A DNA stretch of 64,000 bases, from positions 688 to 64,687 of the forward strand of contig CAYRZU010000007.1 in the NCBI GenBank assembly GCA_964428895.1. The letters run 5' to 3'. The notes beneath the pieces are model-generated. The model did not search any database. It was not told where the DNA came from and saw nothing but the letters and a program-made list of their open reading frames with translations. Source of the DNA: an uncultured Planctomycetaceae bacterium. Lineage in GTDB: Bacteria > Planctomycetota > Phycisphaerae > SM23-33. Position numbers and translations under genes: made by a program. This document shows positions 16,607 through 25,744 of this stretch, one piece after another; position 1 is the first letter of the stretch, and each line of letters opens with the position of its first letter.

Positions 16607-17173
16607 ATGGAAATGCAAGTAACCCCCTCCGAGCCGCTTCCCGTTACGCCTCAACGCCCAAGGTCGCCCAAGCTGAGCGGGTATGTCATGACGTTTGTGA
16701 TCATAGACCTGTCCTTATCGGGCATTCGCATTATTCTTGGGCTGCTCGGGATCGTCGCCCCCCAGGCTATCGAGCCTGGCAACCCGCTCTATCCGACCGT
16801 TCCCTTTGAGTTGACGGCCAACATCAGCATCGGCGCGTTCGGCATCCTTGCGGGCGTCTTGCTGCTGTGCAAAGAAGCCTCGGGCGTGATCTTCGGCTGG
16901 CTCAAGGTGGTCCTTGCCGTATTCGGGCTGGGCGTAGCCGCTTGGCAGATCGTCCTGATGACCGGCAGCGAGGGCGCCGGACAGGACTCAGCCGAAGCGC
17001 TCGGCGACACCATTTTCGCCGGCGCCTTATTGCTGGTCTGCGCAGCCTTGCTGGTCTGCTACGCCATCGCAGTCAGTAAAGCGGCCAAGGTCATCAAGGC
17101 CCGGAAGGCTTACTACGCGGCCGCCCGGGGCCTCGGGTCGGCTACGGTTCAAGAGTTCCCTGAGCTGGGATAG
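16607..17173 (+). CDS. Hypothetical integral membrane protein
   Basis: Start at ATG 16607 (MEMQVTPSE...) with an AAGGA Shine-Dalgarno 9 nt upstream. About 4 predicted transmembrane helices. Confidence 0.5.
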   Translation: MEMQVTPSEPLPVTPQRPRSPKLSGYVMTFVIIDLSLSGIRIILGLLGIVAPQAIEPGNPLYPTVPFELTANISIGAFGILAGVLLLCKEASGVIFGWLKVVLAVFGLGVAAWQIVLMTGSEGAGQDSAEALGDTIFAGALLLVCAALLVCYAIAVSKAAKVIKARKAYYAAARGLGSATVQEFPELG

Positions 17174-17198
17174 GGCAACGCCCTGCGGCGAAATCCTG

Positions 17199-17990
17199 AT
17201 GAACCTATCGATCACGAGCGACTACACCACCGGCGCGGGCGATCCGTCGCCTTACCTCAAGCACATCGCCGAGGCCGGTTTCACCCACGTCCATTGGTGC
17301 CACCACTGGCACACGGACTTCATCTACACCGAGCCGGAACTGGCGGCCATCGAAGGCTGGCTGAGTGAGTTCGGCCTGAAGCTGCTGGACCTGCACGGAT
17401 CCAGCGGGGCCGAGAAGGACTGGACAAGTGAGGTCGAGTATCAACGGCAAGCCGGCGTGGAGTTGGTCCGCAACCGCATCGCCATGGCCAGCCGCCTCGG
17501 TAGCGACGTGGTCATCATGCACATCCGGTTCGAGCCGGACTGGGAGCCGCTTAAGCGCAGCCTGGACGAGCTCCGGACATTCGCCATGGAACGCGGCGTT
17601 CGCATCGCGATCGAAAACGGCAAGCTGCCGGCCGTCCAGAGCGTGTTCGATCAGTACGAACCGGAGTACGTGGGCCTCTGCTACGATTCCGGCCACGGCA
17701 ACCTGGGCTTTATGGACCTGGACTCGCTGGAGACGCACAAAGACCGGCTGTTGTCGATCCACCTGCACGACAACGACGGCGCCGCCGACATGCACTGGCT
17801 ACCGTTTACCGGCACGGTGGATTGGGAGCGCCTGACGCGCATTCTGGCGACGTCGGCTTATGACAAGTGCATCAGCATGGAATCCGGCCGCGGTGAAGAT
17901 GACGATGAGCAAGCCTTCCTCCAGGGCGCCTACGAAGCCGGGCAACGCCTGACCGAGATGGTCCAGGCCGCCAAGCAGGCGTCGGCCTAG
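17199..17990 (+). CDS. Sugar phosphate isomerase/epimerase (xylose isomerase-like TIM barrel) family protein
   Basis: 263 aa. The motifs are those of the TIM-barrel AP-endonuclease-2/xylose-isomerase-like family (HVHWCHHW..., IENGKLP, HLHDNDG). Confidence 0.75.
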   Translation: MNLSITSDYTTGAGDPSPYLKHIAEAGFTHVHWCHHWHTDFIYTEPELAAIEGWLSEFGLKLLDLHGSSGAEKDWTSEVEYQRQAGVELVRNRIAMASRLGSDVVIMHIRFEPDWEPLKRSLDELRTFAMERGVRIAIENGKLPAVQSVFDQYEPEYVGLCYDSGHGNLGFMDLDSLETHKDRLLSIHLHDNDGAADMHWLPFTGTVDWERLTRILATSAYDKCISMESGRGEDDDEQAFLQGAYEAGQRLTEMVQAAKQASA

Positions 17991-18010
17991 CGGCCCAAGC
18001 AGAAACAACA

Positions 18011-18047
18011 GAAGCGCCGGGAGGCCCGTAAGCCGCCGCGGCGCTTC
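18011..18047. terminator. Bidirectional rho-independent terminator hairpin between convergent genes
   Basis: A 9-bp GC-rich stem GAAGCGCCG/CGGCGCTTC (18011-18019 with 18039-18047). On the minus strand it is followed by UGUUGUUUCU, downstream of the RRM gene. On the plus strand it lies just after the TIM-barrel gene stop. Confidence 0.55.
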
Positions 18048-18077
18048 TATCAGTTTCAGGTGCAAATGGGGCTGGGT

Positions 18078-18389
18078 TTACCAGCGATCGCGCCGGCCAC
18101 CGCCGCCACCACCGCCGCCGCCACGCCGGCCACCGCCACCGCGATCTTCACGGGGCTGGGCTTCGTTGACCTTGAGGGTCCGGCCGTCCAGTTCGACGCC
18201 GTTGAGGCCCTCGATAGCGGCCTTGCCGTCTTCATCGCTCGACATGGTCACGAACGCGAAGCCGCGCGGGCGGCCCGTTTCCCGATCAGACGGCATGAAG
18301 ACTTCGTCGACGGACCCAAACCGAGAGAACTCGGCCTGGAGGGCGTCGGAATTCGTGTCAAAGTTCAAGTTACCTACATAGATCCGCAT
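18078..18389 (-). CDS. RNA-binding protein with a single RRM domain and a glycine/arginine-rich C-terminal tail
   Basis: RNP-2 motif IYVGNL and RNP-1 motif RGFAFVTM. The C-terminus is [21 protein letters not shown]. It has a 145-nt 5' leader. Confidence 0.9.
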   Translation of the reverse strand: MRIYVGNLNFDTNSDALQAEFSRFGSVDEVFMPSDRETGRPRGFAFVTMSSDEDGKAAIEGLNGVELDGRTLKVNEAQPREDRGGGGRRGGGGGGGGGRRDRW

Positions 18390-18535
18390 GGAACGCTCCT
18401 ACTGCATGGTGAGCCACGAGTTCCACAAGACCCACGTGGGCATCACAAGTCCAGAACACGGCCGGCCCCATGGCCGACACAAGCTGAGTATCATACCCGC
18501 AACAGGGGTAGCGTGGGAAGCGTAATCCCCCATCC

Positions 18536-19153
18536 TCAGGCCAACGGCCACAGGATGAAGACCGCCACGTCCCACGCTGCGTGGGAGATCATCACCGGCC
18601 ACAGGCGATTGGTCTGCTTGAACAGCCACCCCCAGAAGACCCCGCAGACACCCGCGGCGACGATGAGCATGAAATTACCCGACCACGCGTGCACCCCCGC
18701 GTAAACGGCGGCGCCGACCAGGTAGCCAGGCCAGGGCCCGATCGCGTCCGCCAGACGTTTCTGAACCAGCCCCCGCCAGAATATCTCCTCGGCCGGGCCG
18801 ATCCAGCAGACCAACAGCGCCGCGATTAACCACGCAGGTACGCCCGCTCGAAGGTCGTAGACACCGCGGATATCGGCCTGGGCGAAGTCGAATAGCTCGA
18901 ACGCGGCCATACGTCCCAGCCAAAACACGCCGTAGAGCGCAGTTGCGGACGCAATGCCCACCGGCACGTAGATCCACCGAAAGCGGAACAACGTCCGCAG
19001 TTGCCGGCGTTGCAGCCACAACGCCAGGGCCGCCAGCAGCCCCGTGGCCGCGACCATGGCTGGCCAGAACGGCGCCATCCCCTGCGTCCATGGCGAGAAC
19101 AGGATCAGCCACAGCCCGCAAGCAATCACCAACGCGACGACAACCGGCTTCAC
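18536..19153 (-). CDS. CPBP-family (CAAX/Abi) intramembrane metalloprotease
   Basis: Motif EEIFWRGLVQ (EExxxR) plus the FxxxH-like and HxxxD-like motifs (YAGVHAWSGN, ISHAAWD). A multi-pass membrane protein. Its GTG start overlaps the upstream gene's stop (GTGA). Confidence 0.8.
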   Translation of the reverse strand: MKPVVVALVIACGLWLILFSPWTQGMAPFWPAMVAATGLLAALALWLQRRQLRTLFRFRWIYVPVGIASATALYGVFWLGRMAAFELFDFAQADIRGVYDLRAGVPAWLIAALLVCWIGPAEEIFWRGLVQKRLADAIGPWPGYLVGAAVYAGVHAWSGNFMLIVAAGVCGVFWGWLFKQTNRLWPVMISHAAWDVAVFILWPLA

Positions 19154-20076
19154 GTCAGCGCTCCGATGGCCAGACCCGCCGCCAGCAGCACGCAGAACGT
19201 CAGGTGCAGTTGGGCGGTCTCAACATCCAACGTGGCGATGGAGGCCGAATTGTCCGCTTGCGCGCGAATGATCTTGCGAACGTTCTTGATCGCCAGGGGC
19301 AGGCTCAGGGCCGTCAGCAAACACCACACCGGAACCGCCCCCGCCACGACCAGGCCCACAACCACGCCATAAGCGCCCGCCACCAGCAGGACGTACTCGA
19401 CCTTCGCCCCGGTCAAGCCCAGCAGGTTGGCCAGCGTACGGGATCGGGCGGCCAGGTCGTCGCGAATATCGCGGGTGTTGTTGGCGTGCAGGATCGCGGT
19501 GACCAAGCACCCCACCGGCAGCGACACCATCAGGGGCAACCACGCCAGGCGCCCGGTCAGAACGAAATGAGCGCCGCAGACGATCAGCGGGCCCATCAGG
19601 ATGAACACCGCCGCATCGCCCAGAGCGAGGTACTTGTAGCCGAGCCGCTTGCTGCCGTAGAAGAACGCCCCCGCCACGCCCGCCAGGCCGAACCACAACA
19701 CCTCCAGGCCGCACAGATAGACCAGCGCCAGCCCGATCAGCGACCCCAATGTCAGCGCCGCCATGCCTCCCCAAAACACCTGGCGAACCGTCATCAGCCC
19801 CTCCACCAACACGCCGCTGCCGCCGTGGGTACCCGGACGGTCCACGCCGCGATCAAAATCGGCAACGTCACTAAGCAAGTTCGTGGCCGCCTGCAGCCCG
19901 ACGGCCCCGACCAATACCAACGGCAATAGCGGCCAGGCAATCTCGCCGCCACCGGCCAGCGCCAGCGCCGCGCCCACCACCACGGGCATGGCTGACGCCG
20001 TAAACGAAAACGGCCGAACCGCTCGAATCCACAACGCAAGCGATGACGGAGTCTGCGGCATGGCGATATCGTTCAT
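19150..20076 (-). CDS. UbiA-superfamily polyprenyltransferase, MenA-like (1,4-dihydroxy-2-naphthoate prenyltransferase family)
   Basis: Motif 1 is NLLSDVADFDRGVD and motif 2 is ANNTRDIRDDLAARSRTLANLLG, the MenA signature. About 8 predicted transmembrane helices. Confidence 0.8.
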   Translation of the reverse strand: MNDIAMPQTPSSLALWIRAVRPFSFTASAMPVVVGAALALAGGGEIAWPLLPLVLVGAVGLQAATNLLSDVADFDRGVDRPGTHGGSGVLVEGLMTVRQVFWGGMAALTLGSLIGLALVYLCGLEVLWFGLAGVAGAFFYGSKRLGYKYLALGDAAVFILMGPLIVCGAHFVLTGRLAWLPLMVSLPVGCLVTAILHANNTRDIRDDLAARSRTLANLLGLTGAKVEYVLLVAGAYGVVVGLVVAGAVPVWCLLTALSLPLAIKNVRKIIRAQADNSASIATLDVETAQLHLTFCVLLAAGLAIGALT

Positions 20077-20160
20077 TCATGAATCCTTTTCGAACGCTGA
20101 GTTGGCCGAACATGATAGGGCTGTGACCCGGGAAGAGAAAGGGGCCCGGGCCCTTTTCTC

Positions 20161-21015
20161 TCAGTGAACACAGCGCAAGCCGACTGACGCGGCGTAGGTT
20201 CGTAGATCAGCCAACTCGGTCGGATCGACGGCGCCCATGAGCTCGGGGAACTGGTCGGCGTAGAAGCACGGGCGGTATTGGCCCATGACGTTGATGACGC
20301 AGCCGGGGGCCACGCGGGCGACGGTGTCGATCACGGCTCGGCTGTGGGCCAGGTCATTGGGCATGACTAGATGGCGGACCAATACGCCACGGACGGCGAC
20401 ATTGCGCTCATCGGTCGCAAGCGGCCCGACCTGGCGGAACATCTCGGCCAGGGCCGCTCCAGCCACCTGCGGGTACTCCGGCACACCCGAGTAGGCCCGG
20501 CCCGCATCGGCGTCGGCCCATTTGAAGTCGGGCATGTAGATGTCGATCAGGCCGTCCAGGCAACGGAGCGTTTCGACGGACTCGTAGCCGCCGCAGTTGT
20601 AGACGATCGGCACGGTCAACCCCGCGTCCCGAGCAATCTCGACCGCCTCGGATACGGCGTGGGCCACGTGCGTGGGCGTCACGACGTTGACGTTCACGCA
20701 GCCATCACGCTGCAGACCCAGCATCAACTGCGCCAGTTCGGCCGGCGTGGTTGCGCGACCACGGTCGCCGTGGCTGATGTCATGGTTCTGGCAGAATACA
20801 CAGTCGAGGTTGCAGCCGACGAAGAAGATCGTCCCGCTGCCGCCAGGACCAACCAGGACGGGCTCTTCCCCGAAATGCGCCCCCACCGACGCCACCAGCG
20901 CCTCAGCCCCAATCCGACAGGCGCCAATTTCGCCGGCCCCACGGTCCACACCACACCGACGCGGACAGAGCGTGCACTGGCGAATCATGTCACGCAATGT
21001 GGCGGCGCCGCTCAT
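20161..21015 (-). CDS. Radical SAM protein of the PflX-like (COG1313, pyruvate-formate-lyase-activase-related) family
   Basis: 284 aa. An N-terminal auxiliary Cys cluster CTLCPRRC...GAC is followed by the radical-SAM motif CNLDCVFCQN. Its ATG overlaps the stop of the DUF502 gene (ATGA). Confidence 0.7.
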   Translation of the reverse strand: MSGAATLRDMIRQCTLCPRRCGVDRGAGEIGACRIGAEALVASVGAHFGEEPVLVGPGGSGTIFFVGCNLDCVFCQNHDISHGDRGRATTPAELAQLMLGLQRDGCVNVNVVTPTHVAHAVSEAVEIARDAGLTVPIVYNCGGYESVETLRCLDGLIDIYMPDFKWADADAGRAYSGVPEYPQVAGAALAEMFRQVGPLATDERNVAVRGVLVRHLVMPNDLAHSRAVIDTVARVAPGCVINVMGQYRPCFYADQFPELMGAVDPTELADLRTYAASVGLRCVH

Positions 21016-21707
21016 GGCGCTTCGGCCGGTTTGTCGTAGGCCATCCGCTCGGGGGCAACGGCACCGCCGGACACGATGAAGGTCATCGCCTCATCGACGG
21101 TCCAATCGGTCTCGGTAATATTCTCGACGGGCACGATCTCCAGATAGCCGCTGGTGGGGTTGGGGGTGGTGGGCACATAGACGGCCGCCAGCTTTCGGCC
21201 GGTGGTGGCGTCGTCAAAAGTGCGCGTCACCAGGCCGACCGTCTTCATTTCCGGGGAGGGAAAATCGATCAGCACCACATTCTGAACGTCGCCCGATTGC
21301 TTCTGGAAGGTGGCCAGGAGCTTCTTGGTCGAACCGTAGATGGTCTTGACCAGGGGAATGCGATCCATCACCCAGTCAAACAGCATGATCGCCCATCGAC
21401 CGATGACTTTCGTGGCGATCCATCCCAACAGCACCAGCACCGCCACCACCAACACCACGGCCACGATGGTTCGAACATATTCGTTCTCGGGGACGTCATC
21501 CAGCATATTGGCCAGCCAGTCCACGCGCCCGCGACAGGCCTTTTCCAGCCAGGCCACTAGCGGCAGGCCTACACCCGCCAGGATGCCGGCGACGAACCTC
21601 ACGATGAAGACCGTCACCGCGATTGGGATCGCCGTCAGGATGCCAGCTACCAGGTTCCGGCGAAACGCGGCCCCGATCGAACGCTGCTTCTTGGTTGTTT
21701 CACCCAT
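21012..21707 (-). CDS. DUF502-family membrane protein
   Basis: Start at ATG 21705-21707 (MGETTKK...) with a GGGAGA Shine-Dalgarno. It has two N-terminal transmembrane helices and the conserved C-terminal segment PNPTSGYLEIVPVEN...DEAMTFIVSGG typical of DUF502. Confidence 0.7.
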   Translation of the reverse strand: MGETTKKQRSIGAAFRRNLVAGILTAIPIAVTVFIVRFVAGILAGVGLPLVAWLEKACRGRVDWLANMLDDVPENEYVRTIVAVVLVVAVLVLLGWIATKVIGRWAIMLFDWVMDRIPLVKTIYGSTKKLLATFQKQSGDVQNVVLIDFPSPEMKTVGLVTRTFDDATTGRKLAAVYVPTTPNPTSGYLEIVPVENITETDWTVDEAMTFIVSGGAVAPERMAYDKPAEAP

Positions 21708-21847
21708 CGTCACAATCTCCCGCCACAGCCGACGGTTCGACCGCCGGCCATTTTCGGCTTTTAGTTTCATCCGGCGGGCGATATCTTCTCTGCCCGCTCA
21801 AGCGACATAAGTCTGACGCGAACGGGCCCCACATACAAGGAGTGGCC

Positions 21848-22591
21848 ATGGCCGGCAAGCTCGACATCCCCGTCATCTTCACGACCAAGCGCGTGCCCTT
21901 CCGCCTGTGGGGTTCGATCACGCTGATCGTGTTGATCGTGGTCGGCTACTTCGCGTTCATGAACAACTGGTACGATCTGTTCTGGCCGAAGCAATGGGGC
22001 GCGGTCGAAGCCGGCCACGTCTACCGTTGCAACAAGATCTACCCCCACCTGACGCGGAAGGTGCTGAAGTCCAAGGGCGTTCAGGTGGTCGTCAACATGG
22101 AAGGCCTCGATCCGGATGATAAGTTCCAACGGGCCGAAATCAAGACCTGCGACGAGCTCGGCATTGAACTCGAACGCTTCCCCATGAAGGGCAACGGCAT
22201 CCCCGGCAACACGGACCTATCGGCCGCTCTGGACCGGTACGCCGCCGCGCTGGCCGCTGTGGTTGAGGCCCGGCGAAGCGGCAAGGTGGTGCTGATCCAA
22301 TGCGGGGCCGGCCGACACCGCACCGGTGGCATGACGGCCATGTACCAGATGCTGTTCCTGGGCGCGTCCGGACCGGACGCCTACGGCGAGCTTCGCCGGT
22401 ACGGCTGGAAAGCCCGAAAGCACCAGATTCTGCCCGACTGGCTCAACGCCAACATGGCCGAAATCGTCCGGCGACTGGTTGAGCGGGGCCTCATGGAAGG
22501 CGCCCCGGACCCCCTGCCATATCTGGCTCCCGAAGGGGCCGAGGTCGTCCGGAAAGACCCCGCCGCCGTTCACGCCGAAGCGATTCGCTAG
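21848..22591 (+). CDS. Membrane-anchored protein-tyrosine/dual-specificity phosphatase (CX5R active site)
   Basis: Start at ATG 21848 with an AAGGAG Shine-Dalgarno. A transmembrane segment (ITLIVLIVVGYFAF) is followed by the phosphatase P-loop VLIQCGAGRHRTGG. Confidence 0.75.
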   Translation: MAGKLDIPVIFTTKRVPFRLWGSITLIVLIVVGYFAFMNNWYDLFWPKQWGAVEAGHVYRCNKIYPHLTRKVLKSKGVQVVVNMEGLDPDDKFQRAEIKTCDELGIELERFPMKGNGIPGNTDLSAALDRYAAALAAVVEARRSGKVVLIQCGAGRHRTGGMTAMYQMLFLGASGPDAYGELRRYGWKARKHQILPDWLNANMAEIVRRLVERGLMEGAPDPLPYLAPEGAEVVRKDPAAVHAEAIR

Positions 22592-24264
22592 TTCCGCTTC
22601 TGCCGGGGGATCAGCTCCAGCAACCGGTAGTCGCGGCTGGAGGACTTCTTGAGGCTGGCGAGCATTCGCGGCCTGAGGGCCTTGAACTGTCCGGCCCTGC
22701 GCATCTCCTCCTGCACGACCCCCGAGACGATCAGGTACTCCGCCCCATGTTCGGGCAGCGTGCCCAGATCGACATAGTGGATCTCATGGGCCACATAGAA
22801 CAAGAAGGAGGGGTGCTCGCCGCGTTTGAAGTAGATGGGTTTGCCGGGCGGCACGGTCTGGTCCACCTGGGCCGCCGCCGGGCGACGGCGTTCGAAAGAG
22901 GGTGTCAGTTTCGGGCCGAACACGGCCAGGTGACCGACGACGATAATCATCAGCACCGCCTGGACCACGGACTGACGCATCGTGCCCTGGAAGGTATAGA
23001 GCTTTGGCCCGGCCGCCAGTGTGGCCGCCAAACTGAAGGCCGTTAGCACGCTCCCCCAGAGCCAGCACTCCATCACGATCGTCGCGGCGGCGGCTACGGC
23101 CGTGGCGGCGATCAGCAACGTCATCAGCACGTGCCGCCACAGCAGGTCTTCGTACCATTTCAGGCGGTATTGGCTGAGCGTCCAGCCCACCAGGAGCGCC
23201 GCCAGCGGGAACACCGGAATCGCATACCGCGCCCGAGCCCCCGGAATCAGGCTCACCATGGCCACGGTCGCCACCAACAGCGCCAATCGGGCGCCCTTGA
23301 ATGTCCGCCAATGATCGGTACTGCGAATCCGCTCCATGATGCTGCGTTTCCACAGGGCGATCAGGAAGATGGTCCACGGCAGGAAGTAGATTAGCAGTCG
23401 TCCGCCGCTGCCGAAGGAGTTCCGCAACCACAGCAGCGCGAAGGACCCCTGCTTCGGCCGGCTGGCGCGCTTGGCGGTCTCGGAGAACCAGGTCGACGTC
23501 ATCAGCTCGCGCTCGGCGGCGGTGGCCTGCTCGAACGCCATCGCCACCCACCCGCCGGTAATGCCCACCATCAGCAGCACGCACGCCAGATGACGGAGGC
23601 TGAGCAGGTCCTTGAGGCGCCGTTCATAGGCCAGAACGGAGATCACCGTGACATAGAACACCACCAGGTGCATCGGAGGTTTGGTGATCATGCCCAAACC
23701 CAGCAGCACGCCCGCGCCCAGCCACATCGACCAGCCGGCCCGGTTTCGACTCCAGCCGCTCAGCCACCACAGCACCGCCATGCCGGTCAGGCACACGTAG
23801 GGGCCCTCAATCTCGGCGAGGCGCCCTTTTTCGATGATGCTGATGCACGTCATGAACACCATCGCCGTGATGAACCGCCCCTTGGCCGTCAGCCACGCGC
23901 AGCGCGTCAGCAGTACATGAAGCGCGAAGATCAGCACGAACAACGACCCCACCACCCGGGCCGTCGCCTCGGTGCGTTCGCCCGTAATCGCGAACGACGC
24001 CGCAATGCACCAGTTGATCAGCGGCGGCTTATTGAAGTAAGGCGCATCGGCGATGTGCGGCAAGGCCCATTGGCCATGGTCGAGCATGTGCATAGCCGGC
24101 CAGATGCGGGTGGACTCCTCCCCCTTCAGCTCGATCACGCCGAGCCCGGGCAGGTACAGGCCGGCCCAGACCGCCGCCACCACCAGTACCGAGATCATCA
24201 CAATGCGGCGAGGCGGGCGGTTTTGGTCCCACGGGCTAGGATTGTTCAAGGCGTCCGTCATCAT
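22588..24264 (-). CDS. Glycosyltransferase family 39/83 (ArnT/PMT-like) membrane glycosyltransferase
   Basis: 558 aa, polytopic. The N-terminal loop has YFNKPPLINW, a GT-C/ArnT-PMT-type motif. There are about 11-13 transmembrane helices. Confidence 0.65.
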   Translation of the reverse strand: MMTDALNNPSPWDQNRPPRRIVMISVLVVAAVWAGLYLPGLGVIELKGEESTRIWPAMHMLDHGQWALPHIADAPYFNKPPLINWCIAASFAITGERTEATARVVGSLFVLIFALHVLLTRCAWLTAKGRFITAMVFMTCISIIEKGRLAEIEGPYVCLTGMAVLWWLSGWSRNRAGWSMWLGAGVLLGLGMITKPPMHLVVFYVTVISVLAYERRLKDLLSLRHLACVLLMVGITGGWVAMAFEQATAAERELMTSTWFSETAKRASRPKQGSFALLWLRNSFGSGGRLLIYFLPWTIFLIALWKRSIMERIRSTDHWRTFKGARLALLVATVAMVSLIPGARARYAIPVFPLAALLVGWTLSQYRLKWYEDLLWRHVLMTLLIAATAVAAAATIVMECWLWGSVLTAFSLAATLAAGPKLYTFQGTMRQSVVQAVLMIIVVGHLAVFGPKLTPSFERRRPAAAQVDQTVPPGKPIYFKRGEHPSFLFYVAHEIHYVDLGTLPEHGAEYLIVSGVVQEEMRRAGQFKALRPRMLASLKKSSSRDYRLLELIPRQKRN

Positions 24265-24387
24265 TGGGGGCCACCATCATAGAGACGCCCCACTTACATA
24301 CAAGCCGCTTTTGAGGCCAGGCCCATGGACACCAAGCCCGACCGGCGGTAGATTTAGGGTAGCACTTCACCAACAAGGAGCGTGGCC

Positions 24388-24954
24388 ATGGAACGCACAC
24401 TTGCCATCTTCGCTCTGGGGTCTGTTGTGATACTGACCGCAGTGGGCTGTCAGTCGGGCTCGGCCCAGCAGACCGCCCCCTCCGGCCGAATGGTCTTGAC
24501 GAGTACGGCTTTCGCTAACGGCCAGGCCATTCCGGCCAAATACACCGGCGACGGCGAAGACATCTCTCCCCCGCTGATGTGGACAGGCTTGCCCGAAGGG
24601 ACCCAACAACTCGCCCTGATCTGCGACGATCCGGACGCTCCCGGGCAGGTCTGGGTGCACTGGCTCATCTACGGCTTCGGCCCGACCGCAACCGGGCTGC
24701 CCGAAGCCATCCCCCGCCGCGCAAATGTCCCGGTTCCCGTCGGGGCCATGCCAGGCCTGAATTCCTGGCGGACCGTCGGCTACCGCGGGCCCAAACCACC
24801 CGCCGGCGGCGGTGTGCACCACTATCATTTCAAGTTGTACGCCCTCAACGCGATCCTGCCTCTGCCGCCGATGGCCACCAAGGCCGATCTGCTCAAGGCG
24901 ATGGAGGGTCACATTCTGGATGAGGCCCTGTTGATCGGCACCTACAGCCGCTAG
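24388..24954 (+). CDS. YbhB/YbcL-family phosphatidylethanolamine-binding (PEBP/Raf-kinase-inhibitor-like) lipoprotein
   Basis: Start at ATG 24388 with an AAGGAG Shine-Dalgarno 8 nt upstream. Lipobox LTAVGC. PEBP motifs are DDPDAP...HWL and GGVHHYHFKLYAL. Confidence 0.8.
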   Translation: MERTLAIFALGSVVILTAVGCQSGSAQQTAPSGRMVLTSTAFANGQAIPAKYTGDGEDISPPLMWTGLPEGTQQLALICDDPDAPGQVWVHWLIYGFGPTATGLPEAIPRRANVPVPVGAMPGLNSWRTVGYRGPKPPAGGGVHHYHFKLYALNAILPLPPMATKADLLKAMEGHILDEALLIGTYSR

Positions 24955-24976
24955 GCGTATCTGCTAGAATGGTCGG

Positions 24977-25741
24977 ATGCGTGTGGCGAGCCTCCAATCC
25001 GGCAGCAACGGTAACTGCTACTACGTCGAGGGCGGGGGCGTGCGTTTGCTGATCGACGCCGGCATCAGCGGCAAACAGGCCCGCCTGCGACTGGCCGACC
25101 TCGGCGCCGACCCCACCGACGCCCACGCGCTATTGCTGACCCACGACCATCGGGACCACGCCGGCTGTGCCGGCATCTACCACCGCCTGTTCGGCCTCGA
25201 TATCCACGCCACTGCCGGCACGATGCGACGGGCCCGGGAGCGCATCGGGCTGGGCCGAACGGCCGACCCGCAGGTGTTCCGCGGCGGCGGCGCGATGCAG
25301 TTCGGCGATTTGCGGGTCGAGGCCATCCGCACCCCGCACGACGGGGCCGAGCCGGTCTCCTTCGTATTCGATGACGGGCGTCGGCGGCTGGGCATCCTGA
25401 CCGACCTGGGGCACGTCTTTGACGCGCTGGCAGAGACCATCGCCTCCCTCGACGCCGTGATCATCGAAAGCAATTACGACGAGCATATGCTGGCCACGGG
25501 CCCGTACCCGGTGTTTCTCAAGCGCCGCATCGCCGGCGACGGCGGGCACATCTCCAACCGCCAGTCGGCCGAGCTGGTCCGCCAGGCCGGCCACAAGCTC
25601 AAATGGGCGTGCCTGGGACACCTTTCCGAAGACAACAACACCCCGGACTTGGCCGTCCGCACCTTTCGCAAGATCGTCAGCCGGCGACTGCCCGTCCGCG
25701 TCGCCGGCCGCTACAAACCGACCGACCTGATGGAGGTCTAA
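24977..25741 (+). CDS. MBL-fold metallo-hydrolase (beta-lactamase-like; PhnP/YycJ-like)
   Basis: HxHxDH motif LLLTHDHRDHAG plus downstream metal-ligand His/Asp residues. Confidence 0.7.
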   Translation: MRVASLQSGSNGNCYYVEGGGVRLLIDAGISGKQARLRLADLGADPTDAHALLLTHDHRDHAGCAGIYHRLFGLDIHATAGTMRRARERIGLGRTADPQVFRGGGAMQFGDLRVEAIRTPHDGAEPVSFVFDDGRRRLGILTDLGHVFDALAETIASLDAVIIESNYDEHMLATGPYPVFLKRRIAGDGGHISNRQSAELVRQAGHKLKWACLGHLSEDNNTPDLAVRTFRKIVSRRLPVRVAGRYKPTDLMEV

Positions 25742-25744
25742 CGC

